From: Kudoa neothunni
Taxonomy: Eukaryota > Animalia > Cnidaria
DNA: 64,000 bases
Assembly (NCBI GenBank): GCA_964304625.1
Contig: OZ199839.1
Span: 1,376,221-1,440,220 of the forward strand
Direction of reading: 5' to 3'
A model generated the notes under the pieces. It made no database searches, had not been told where the DNA came from, and was given only the letters and a program-made list of their open reading frames with translations. Positions within the stretch are counted from its first letter, which is position 1. The number at the start of each line of letters is the position of its first letter. Below, in pieces: positions 53,545-64,000 of the stretch. The translations under genes and the position numbers were made by a program.

Positions 53545-53812
53545 ACTAGTATTTAATGATATAATTGGATATACAAGGTTATGAGATTATCAATTATCTA
53601 GTAGTTACTTTAGCCAATAACGTCTGTTGTTTGTTAATTAGAGATATCGTGCCAACAATTCTACCAATTAGTTTAATTGCTGTTAGAATCCCAGTCAATT
53701 TATTCTTTTGAAAATATAGTCAAAGACTGTTTCTAAACAATTAAGAAATAATTGTTTCATAACAACTGTTTTAATTATCCATATAGATTTATTAATTTGT
53801 TGAATTATTTTA

Positions 53813-54487
53813 CAATGGATAACGTGTGGTTCGTAATTTGAGAAAATGTTACAAAGTTAACGTACACATAAGATTAAAATAAATTATTTATTTCTCCTCA
53901 AACTAATTAAAAAAATATACATGAACATTAAGATAATAAATAAAATATTTTTGAATTAATTATGTTTTTTATGGATTATTTTGTAGTGGCGTGTGGTTCG
54001 TATCTTTTCAGGTACGTTGAGATTTTTGTTTTCGAGTGGTGGCGAAATGGGGACAGACATAAAAATTGAGTTAGGAAATTAAAAGAGAAATATGAAATAA
54101 TAAAGTTTTTATAAAACCATCGAGGGCCTGGAGAGGAAACAATATTGAAAATGACGCCAATATTAGTGTTTTTATAAGTGATGGTAACTGTCACAGAGAT
54201 GACAAGTTTGTAAATTTGGTAATGTAGAACAAATAATTATTCCATTCAAAATTGCACCTCCTTTATTTTTTTCGATTTAGGAAATTACTTGAAATATCAT
54301 GGTTTTAATAGTTATAAACATCAAACGGATATTGAACGAGAAATGTACAATATAATTGTCATAAAACTTCAAAATATTACTATAACTGAATAATATCCTT
54401 CTAAATAATTTATTATACAGTGTGTGACACGTGGTTAGTAATCCCATTGGAACCAAGAAAAAATTACGAACCACACGTCACCCATTT
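53813..54487. mobile_element. Tigger/mariner-type MITE
   Basis: TA|CAATGGATAACGTGTGGTTCGTAATTT ... AAATTACGAACCACACGTCACCCATTT|TA, with an extra internal left-end copy at 54418. Confidence 0.7.
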
Positions 54488-54587
54488 TATATATATTTAT
54501 ATATATGTAGATCCATAAAAAAATTTCAAGCGAAAAATGCTCTTATAATAATGGAAGTATTTTTACTACATAAAATCTTTAATATAG

Positions 54588-54890
54588 TTAATTATTATGC
54601 TTATTAAAATAAAGAGTTAACAAAGTAGGAATTACTATGTAGTAAAAGACGGGATTAATGCAAGAAAAGTGTTTTATATATAAATGATAGACATTAAAAG
54701 AATATTTAATGAGATTTCTGTAGTTGCTTTCATCAATATGTTCACAGAATTCTGATAATGTATTTGAAAGTTCAACGTACATATAAGCGATTTCGTGGTT
54801 TAGTTTTTATGGTAACCAGCATGGAAATCGAGTTTAGCAATAATAGGCAGTTGTAGAAGGAGTGATCACACCAACTGCATAGCATAATCA
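54588..54890 (-). pseudogene. Class A GPCR TM6-TM7 fragment
   Basis: One frame reads C*TRFPCWLP*KLNHE...HFSCINPVFYYIV (CWxP and NPxxY motifs) with two TAA stops. Confidence 0.5.
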
Positions 54891-55384
54891 TAGTCAGCGG
54901 CATTAAGAAATATTATTTTGAAATTTTTAGTTTTTGTCAAACAACCTACTGTATAACTTTTGTTTTTTATAAACTTTTTTACAACATCAGTTAAAACATA
55001 AAATATGTAAATTTTGTAACAAACAAAATATTTATAAGTAACAATAATGCAAGAGTAAATTTGAAGTTTTTAATAATTTGGCTAATATTGAAAAATACCT
55101 AAACAAAACGAATGTATGATGATACAACTAGATTCAGATTTTATTAAAATTATTCACGGAATCCAAGGTTAGGAACCGCTGTACAAGATATCGAGTATGA
55201 GTGAGTTTTTGCGCCAAACAATTGCAATATTACGACGATACATTTAAATTTAATATCTGAAGACGTGATTATAGAATCGTAAGAAGATTAAAAATGTTAT
55301 TATATACAATTATTCTTGTTGGTTGTATTTTAAACTAGCGTTTTTCCCGACCTTTGATTTTTTACTTAAATTTGGTGTTTTTAA

Positions 55385-56850
55385 ACCCCCTGGCAACGCT
55401 GCTTCCAAACACTTTATGTCATAATGACCCAAGAACATATTGTAACATAATATTGATATATTTTTTCTAGCTAATAATAATTGATATTCCATTTATATAT
55501 TAATAAACAAATGTTTAATATATTGCGAGAAATAAGTTTTAAATTATCTAAATAATAAGATATGCGTCCTTTTTACATGTAATAATTTTGGGTTGTGTAT
55601 GGCCCAAATTTATTGTCATTAAATAGTAATCGAAAATTTAAAGTAATATAAACTAAATTTAAATAAAATTTTATTGATAAAAAAAGAGGAAATGAAGGAA
55701 AATATATCCGAATTTGTTTGATCGGCGTCGAAGGGGATTATTTGTATGGTGCATTGTTTTGACCAAGAGAATTCCACAGATTTTTAGAGTTATTGTAATT
55801 AAATTTTCGAAATTACCCCACGTAATGATCCAAAGTCAGATTCCTCATATTCTATTTCTGATAAAAGTGGAGTTAATTTAACTTTTGTATCACGACAAAA
55901 ATAATGCCGTATGAACTGCAGAAATTCCCGTATCATCCAGATTCTGGAACGTAAAATGAAAATATCATGGATAAAATTCCGGATGTTACTGAATTTGTTG
56001 CATTTATAATATCTGAGTTAGCTGACTCTTTTCACATATTTTTAGGGGAAAATTTCTACGAATAATTCGTTATAAAATACATAAATAAAATTGAAGTATA
56101 AAATTATAAAGAATGCTGGAGCGAATTGACAGGAATCAAATTAAGAGATTATATAGTTCTTATATATATGGCGATACTAAAGTCGAAACTGGAGTCACTG
56201 AAGTTGGCGTGAAGCCTAGAGAATGTTAGTGACGTATTTAGACAAATCATGCCTTTCAAAAGGTTGATTGAAAAAACCAGAATCTTTCATTTTGATGATC
56301 ATGTTACCAGACTTGCAAGGAGAGAAATTGATAAATTCTGTACCCCCTGCGAAATTGTTTAAAATTGGGAAGAAATACTTTCACAATGTCTAATACCATA
56401 TTCTAATCTAATAGTTGATGAGCAGTCCATCTTTTATAGGGGATAAATGCCTGTTTAAGCGATATATGCCAGCAAAGCCGGTTGTTTATGGCATCAAATT
56501 ATTTCACTTATGGTTTCTATGACCAATTATAGTCATAATATCTTTATCTACATGGGAAAAGTTTTCGAACAGAGGGTTAAATGTCTAGGCGAAACTTTCG
56601 TTTTAAGTCTTGTATCTCACTTGGAGTCAAGTAATAGAAACGTTGTCTTTACAGTTTTTTCCCTCAATACACCTTACGAAAAAATTACTAATCTGGAACT
56701 AATTTTGGTTTGAACAATCCAAGAAAACAAAAAGGGGCTTTTCTGAATTGATGAAAGCCAATAAATCCAAGGAGGTATTAATTCTCTCTTTCTCTTAAAT
56801 GGAAAAAAGGTATTAGTATCATATGTGTTCAATAATAATAGGAAGTGGCT
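55385..56850 (+). mobile_element. piggyBac (PGBD4-like) transposase relic
   Basis: TTAA|ACCCCC start; remnants LIVDEQSIFYRG, YMPAKPVVYGIK, IFIYMGK. Confidence 0.7.
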
Positions 56851-57294
56851 ATTCTTACAACAATGAATATCTTTTTTCCTACTTTAGATTTTTCAAATCT
56901 AAACTTAAAAACGCGGTATTAAATTTTTTTTCATATAAAATTCTTAGGTTTTACAAATTGTTATTCTAATCCAACTAATTCATAAGTTTTAGTCATTATT
57001 CCTTCCTTCCGACCATTTCCTAAGTTTAAAAATAAATTATTTTTCTATTTATGACAGTTTAGACGTATTTAAATCAACAATTTTTGCTAATTGTGATAAT
57101 GTAACTTTATTTGCATATGAACCCATTGGTTCACGTGTCAACGCTACGGCTTCACCAGATTATTGAGAGTTTGACCAAGTTTGATGTTAAATACATGTAA
57201 CCCTACAATGTTGTTTAAAAAATTAATTTTTTTAAATTAAGAAAACAAATTTCTGTATAGGTTTTTAATTTTTAGTAACTTTTCTTAGTATTAA

Positions 57295-59280
57295 GCCTTC
57301 CCCTACGGCGTACGAAAAAATAACGCGCGTATTGATGGGTTCCAATTTGGACCAAAGAGGAAATTAATTATAAATGCGTTCAGTTGTTTAGAAAATAACG
57401 TGACACAATTTTAAGGCATTTATAAATATGAATTAACCAAATCTATCCCCTTTCTGTAACTTTAAATGCAGATATAAGACCAATATTAATTGATCAAGTT
57501 GGACCAATGTGGTAAAGTCACTGCACGAATTTCGACACGAACGTTTCCAATAAAATCATATCTCCTGAAGCTGAGAGCGAATTTTACTATACAGGTAATT
57601 CGTATGTGAAAATGTTAGTTTTATTAATATAATTTAAGTTGATGAATATACTGAAGAAAACGCATAAACCCACATAATATTAGATGATAATGTATTTACC
57701 TAATTAGTAGTAACTAAACGTATAAATCAAACAACTAATCATAATAAATATACTATTGTGCACGATGACTCAGCCACTAGATATTAATCCTAAGAAACAT
57801 TCTTAGAATTTTCCGTTGAAAATTTTCCCTTACATATTGTTAAAGAAACAAATATTTATGCACAACAAAAGAATGATCACACGTTTCACCTAACCGTAAA
57901 AGATCTTAAGTCTTTTATTGATATTTTATTATTATCGGGCTACAATCGATTATCTCAGCAAAATATGCATATGTATTGAGAAACTTCAATGGATTCTGGG
58001 GTTGAAATCGTAAAAAAGTCTGTGTACTATAAAAGATTCAAGTTGATAAAACGACATCTCCCCTTTAATAATAATAATAATAATTCAAAACTCGATAAAG
58101 ACGATAAGCTTTTCAAGATAAGCCCAATAATTTGAGAATTTTAAAAAATTTGAATATTTCCACGACAACTTGTCTGTTGATGAACAGATGGTTCCATATA
58201 CTGGTCACCACTCCTGCAAAATGTACATGAAAGGAAACCCCATCTGTTTCAGTTTCAAGCAGTGGGTTTTGGCGTCTTCTGGTGGATATGTGTACAGTTT
58301 GAGTGTATATACAGGTAAGGCAGAAATATACAACAAGAATTTTGGCCTAGGTGGAAGCATAGCACTAAATTTTGTCGACGAGCTAAAGGATAGAGGTATG
58401 TTCCATGTTTATTTCGATAATTTCTTCACCTCTTACAAATGATTGGTTGAATTGAAAAGAAGAGGTGTTAATGCTACTGGAACAGTGAGGATGAACCGAA
58501 CGTCGAACAGTCCCTTGACGACTCCGAAAACAATGAACAAAAACCACCGAGGCTACCATGAATATTTCAAAGATTCCATAGCTGAAACCAACTGTATTCA
58601 ATGGAGTGATACGAAATCTGTTACTTTTCTTAGTAATTCGCTTACTGTTGAACTAATTCAACATATGAAACGTTACTGCAGAACAAAAGAGCGCAATGTA
58701 CCGATTGAACAGCCTCAAATTTGTCATATGTACAACAAGTGTATGGATGGTGTTGATACCGTGGACAATTCTGTATCTTGCTACAGAATAAGAATTTTCT
58801 CTAAAAATGGTATTGGTCTCTTTTTACTAACATGATATCGCTCGCAACAGTTAATTCATGGAAAATGTTTAATTTTAGAAGCAAAGAAAAAGTAAGCTTA
58901 TTAAATATTAAATCACATTAGATACATCGTAGTCAATGTGACCAGTATAAATAATTCTGAAAAACAAACCCGTCGATCATCCATCGCAATTATTCATGCT
59001 ACGTCTTTGTGTAGACGACCTATGATGAGTACTAATGCTGAGAAAAGGAGACGAAGATGCGTTGTGTGTAAAAAGGAGACTATCTACTTTTGTCAAAACT
59101 GTCACAATTATATTCATGTTAAATGTTCGATAGATTTTCATAGTTAACAGTAGTTTGCTCTCCTATCGATATAGAACGGTTTATTTTTCTCGTATTCTGT
59201 AACACAACGTTTAATTAGAAAATCACACGTCGGTGGGTTTTGGTTCCCTCTTCGGCCTTTTGGTAATAATGCCATTTTCC
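57295..59280 (+). mobile_element. piggyBac (PGBD2/3-like) transposase, degenerate
   Basis: SVDEQMVPYTG, YFDNFFTS, GTVRMNR, YNKCMDGVDTVD, C-terminal CVVC...CQNC...HVKC...H Cys-rich domain; TTAA at 57291; stops and frameshifts. Confidence 0.9.
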
Positions 59281-59300
59281 TACAAAAATTTAATTTTTAA

Positions 59301-61359
59301 TCTATCTACTATATATAAAGCTCTTACGTCTGTCAGTGTGCGTTTGCAGCAGTACGTGTGTGCCTAGTTCCAAGAACTTTCTTTAAATACAGCTTTTAGT
59401 ATACATTTGAATAGATGATACAATTAATAACAATCGTTCATTTACTTAGAAGTATAAATATAATCAATATTGTTATCAGAAGTAAGAAATTTTCTGGTTT
59501 CCTATATCAATTAACAGATTAAAAGTACTTGAATAATATTGGTTTGTTAATTTCGAAGTGATAATCAATTAGAATGAACTTATACTCAGTGCATACAAAG
59601 AAAATCTGTTAAATTTTATATAGAATGTTGAAAAAATGTTACATATGCCTGTTTGGAGTAATTTTAAGACAAATAAAATTATTAACGTTACATTTACAAG
59701 AGTTTTTGCCTTTCCCTTAAAATTTGTAGCATATTACATTTTTTTTAAACGTAGATTCATTTTTCAAACATTATAGATACATTTTGAGAAAAACGACTAT
59801 GACTATTTTAAATAAAACACATAATTTGAGGTTACAAGTTGTCTCCTCGTTGGAATAATTTGGGTCTCTATACACATTCTAAAAACGATGTAAGAAGTGT
59901 GTAGAGTTTTCAAATAATTAAATTTTTGTGATAACTTCTTAAATGGAAATTACGCTCCAATGGAATTCCTGAGATGCGACAAAATTTTTTTATCAAATAT
60001 ATCGGTCGAGATTGAAACTATATTCGTTTTTTCATTGAAAAGTTTTTACGCATTTTTTTGTTTTTCCTAAACTTTCTTGCAAAAGAGCTGGCATAATGAA
60101 TTCAATAACTTTCTATGTTTGTTGGGATAATTTTTCAAATAATGTTTAAGTTCTTAGTAACCTAATTATTCCCTACCCCCAGACCTTAAGATTAATATTC
60201 AAATCAATATACTGTTTTCTTTTCGCTAAAACTAATTCATTATAATATAAAAGCTGGATGAAAACATGCGGCACCTCATTCTACACGTGGTTTAAGAATT
60301 AATATTCACGATTACTTTTGCACAAAATACAGTCCACTCTCAATACGTGTGATGTAAGTTAATAAGAAATTATTGGTCTGTTCGATCTAACCGATATTTT
60401 CACAAAGTTTTCGTTAATCTAAGAATAGTTCAATACAAAGAAATTATTTTGGGGAAATAAAACAGTACGTTAATTTTTAAAAGAGATGCATTCCTTCAAA
60501 AAAACCAGATGATGTTTAAGCGTTACTATAATTTTTCAAACCAAAAACACCTTTATATTTTAGATTTAATCATATCTTGTTAATTACATTTGTATATTTT
60601 TAAACCACTAAGTATTTTCGTTAAAAAGAAAGGTTGGATTTATTTATAAATGGTGGAATTTTGTTAAAATAATGAATACGTAAGCTACCGCTCGCTCACA
60701 GCTTATTAAAACCTCATTAACATCCTTTATAAAATTGCAAAAAAACAGAGTAACAATTAATATTTTTGTTTCTGACGCACCTTAAGTTGATTTTATTTTT
60801 TTATCGTTTGTAGACTAATAATACATTTTATAATTAGAAGAATTAATTTTGATCGTAAGATTTTGAAAATAACTGAAAGTCCTATTTAAGTTACTTAATG
60901 ATTTTGTTTCATGAATAACTGAACTTTAATCGCTAATTACATTTCTCTTAGAATTAAGGTCATCATACTTTTGACCAATAATTTGTAGAATCAACTTAAA
61001 AACATTCATTAATTTCGCTCAATACCTCCACTTATATTTGAGTGGAAAATGCTTGCATAATTTTGTTTATCTAAATCACCACATTGCAAAAATAATGACA
61101 AGTTTTAAAATGCAACAATTAAAATAGAAAAATAAAATCTACAGCGTGTAACGTGCTAGTTAGATCAAATCTTCCGTAGAATTTCTCCATTCAAAAATAA
61201 AAGTAAAAGTTAAAATCTTCCATCAGACAGCACCAGACATAGGTGCGCATCAGCGCTACTTACTTAAAAATCAAAAAGGCTGTCGCCTGCGCCAAGTCTT
61301 AGTCTATTAGGTATTTGGCTGGGTAAGGAAGTCTTCGCGAAGCGGCGCTTTTGCGCTAG
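59301..61359 (+). mobile_element. Non-autonomous Helitron (about 2.06 kb)
   Basis: A|TCTATCTACTATATAAAG 5' end; 3' hairpin CGCGAAGCG-G-CGCTTTTGCG followed by CTAG|T; inserted between A and T with no TSD. Confidence 0.7.
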
Positions 61360-61454
61360 TTAATAATAATTTAATGTCGCCATTAAAAGTTTATTGTCAA
61401 TATATATTTCGAATTTTAAGGAAATTTAAATACTGAACTCGGAATGGGTTAAAA

Positions 61455-61652
61455 CATGGGTTCCCAACTAAAACTGGACGCGCACCCCCCCCTTTTTTTG
61501 ACAAAACGAAATTCTCATCCCTTTGCATACGATAAGGTGTAACTTACATAAAATTTATCAAAAATTATTTCCAATTTTGATCGGATCTCGCACCACCTGA
61601 GGCCAAAGTTCGCACCCCCTAAGGTGCGGACACCCCCAGCTGGGAACCCCTG
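61455..61652. mobile_element. hAT MITE (198 bp)
   Basis: CATGGGTTCCCAACT / AGCTGGGAACCCCTG, perfect TSD GGTTAAAA. Confidence 0.9.
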
Positions 61653-62203
61653 GGTTAAAAACAATATACGCAGGCGCACATAATATATCGGTATCGAATT
61701 CGACCGAAAATTTCAATACTCGCACTCGTTTAAAAAAATTGATACGGCGTTCCAAATTAAACGTAAATTTTTGTAATTAAATCAAATTATAATAATAAAT
61801 ATCAGTTGCTAATCAGGTCAGATTTCCGAACGACTGCTGATCGTACGATAATTGACATGTGCGATCTTTAATCTTTATGTGTGCTTATCATCGTAAATTC
61901 TAAAGTGCTTTTCGTTAAAATAAAAAAGATATTTTTAGTTATAAATTTAATTTTTAAACGACCATCCATACTGACAGTTGTAGTGTTGTATAGTTGTAGT
62001 TTGTTCCGGAGGTTTAACAGTTGAATAATTACACCATAAAATATCATTTAATCTTTGAGATTTTCAGAGTTTATTAACAGATAATTATCTCTTATTAACC
62101 GAGCTCTATCGCAACAACTTTGATGTACAGCTCGAATCATTAATATAAGCGTTAAAATAAACAATTACTTAGTTAATTAATTAATTAATTTAAACATAAA
62201 ATT

Positions 62204-63585
62204 ATGCATGTGCATAAATCCAATAATAAGAAGATTAACACTGAGTTTAAATTGATTCGAGAGCGTCAGTTGGTCCGTTAAAGTTATTTATTCCGCCAAG
62301 TAGCATAAAAAATACTGGAAATAAATATATTCATAATTGCAGTGGGTAAAATTATACTGATGCACAAACCGCACCTATTTGAATAGTTTCAAAGGGATTA
62401 AAATATGTTAATCCATTTCAGAGGATTTGGGTGGATTGTCATAGTATGAGAATTTTTCGAGCGTCCACCTGGAGAAAGAAGTTTTATAGACTTTTACATT
62501 ATTTCTATGATCCCAACAAACGAAAAGCTCTGGGGAAATCTCCAAAAGAACTTTGTATATTCTATCATAATATTGTGCGATCGCTTGTGGTGACATTGAG
62601 TTATTTAGTGTTTTTGTGTCTTTTTCTCGCCACGTTCTATTTGTTTATAGCGGGTTTATTCTATTCGGAATTGTTGATTGTTCAAGAATGGAAGAAAAAT
62701 TTTCAAATTAGTGAAAATGTACCAGCTGATAGGGAGATTTTAAAAAACAATATCGGTAACTATATCTCCCTTTTCTCAGCCTATAGTCGCATTGGTATTA
62801 GGTTTAATAGTTTTAATGAACATCCAAAAAATTCCACCGAAGGATATGACGTTTGATGCTTACAAACAAACTTACTTGGCTGAATATACGGAATTAATCC
62901 AGAAGTACAACACTTTTTTGATGTTAACCCCGGTGAACTATTTGTCTGTTTCTTCTATTAGATTACACTTTACGTTTGCCTTCGTCTAATACACAATGTG
63001 TTGTAAAACAGCAGCAAGAATCTGCCTTCATGTTTCATTCCTATTACTAACAGAGAGGCATTCGGGCATTGTTTGGATGGAAGCGGCACGAATTTGGCTG
63101 AAGATAGAATGGCCTATTGGTTAACCATATCGAAAGTATTCATCTAAAAATGGTTGTATTCATTATTGATATCTTCGAATTAGGTTGTTAATTTTGTACC
63201 AAAGGCTGTATCCCCAAACTCGAATACTATTGGTGTAGAATGTCATGGTTCTAAAAATGGAGTAGAAATAGTGTGATTGATTGTTCTGTTATGTATTCTC
63301 ATATAGGAGGACAGTGCTCCATTAGACGTCTTCCCCACCGGTGGTATAGACCGTAATCAACTTCCCTACAAAAATACACTACAATATGGTTTGGGACATC
63401 AACTTATGCCACTTACGTGCACACTTGTGAATGTGAGTATGTACGATCATTTGGAATGCAGGTTGAAATCAAGTGATATCAAAGTTGTTTTCAGAGGGTG
63501 GCCCCACTTCCTACGCAGGATTTATTCGTGTAGAGTTACCGAAATTCATTCAACCCTTCCCCGACAGCTAATCACAACACTATAA
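62204..63585 (+). CDS. ATP1B: Na+/K+-ATPase beta subunit-like (type II membrane protein)
   Basis: YFYDPNKRKALGKS followed by a TM helix (compare FIWNSEKKEFLGRT), SCFI...FGHC, LTISKVVNFVP (compare IKLNRVLGFKP), VECHG, FPTGGID...LPYK. Some splice sites ambiguous. Confidence 0.75.
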
Positions 63586-63773
63586 CAAATAATATATAGA
63601 TAAAATTAGCGCTGGCCTTGGTTGCATTTATTAAAAATTGTATTTTTCGCTAATTTCAGCAAGAAAACCATATATTAATACAAAAACACAACGATTCAAT
63701 TTTATCACTATCTACACAGCGCACTTGTAGTAAGCTCACATGAGCAATTAAATGAGAGTTCGTTTGGATGTAT

Positions 63774-64000
63774 TTACTGGGATGATGAATTGCTAGAATG
63801 AGGGTAGCTGTCTGTGTTCTGGGAGGGCAGACGATTCCATAAATTTCAATATTATTACCCACTCGGGGGTGCCCAGAATTTGAGGGCGTTGATTCGGTGG
63901 GCGGGGGAAGAAGATTGAGGTTTCTAGATGCATGAGGGTCGACCTCAGTTGTTCCAACCACGCTGCGTGGATCCCTGCCTATTGGAGTTTGCCCGCAGGT
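63774..64000 (-). CDS. 3' end of an unidentified gene (P/S/T-rich tail) running off the window
   Basis: GC-richer open frame TCGQTPIG...GHPR, probable 44-nt intron, then NTDSYPHSSNSSSQ*. Confidence 0.4.

Noticed and set aside
58440-58445. TGA readthrough joining two in-frame piggyBac ORFs
   Set aside because: The element has many other stops and frameshifts, so this is ordinary decay.
61558-61755. Short ORFs at 61558, 38229, 47743, 53976, 51436 and 26095
   Set aside because: They lie in MITEs or TE debris and have AT-rich, non-coding composition.
1-64000. CRISPR arrays, rRNA, tRNA, prokaryotic operons
   Set aside because: No regularly spaced repeats or recognisable RNA-gene motifs; the architecture is spliceosomal eukaryotic.

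Overview
Eukaryotic, very AT-rich nuclear DNA (roughly 28% GC by eye) read in the standard genetic code. Genes are dense with short GT-AG introns (mostly about 35-70 nt), and the intergenic and large-intron space is filled with DNA-transposon debris. The animal-type but highly diverged genes would fit a reduced metazoan parasite such as a myxozoan (inference only). Genes reconstructed by hand-splicing are a novel Cys-repeat type I membrane protein (2419-6498), DCP1, a PCTAIRE/PFTAIRE-like CDK (-), SMC1, an orphan coiled-coil ORF, CARHSP1/CSDC2, ABHD4, a 14-exon SPO11 (-) almost invisible in the ORF track, a Na/K-ATPase beta subunit and a partial gene at the right edge. Mobile DNA includes Tigger/pogo, hAT MITEs with 8-bp TSDs, Helitron ends, MULE and piggyBac relics, often nested. 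The most notable signal is a ~300-nt rod-like RNA structure in an SMC1 intron (21909-22208), supported by strand-specific G-U pairs, with a C/D-type kink-turn motif and a competing alternative helix. No rRNA, tRNA or CRISPR array was recognised. All gene models are manual and need RNA-seq confirmation.
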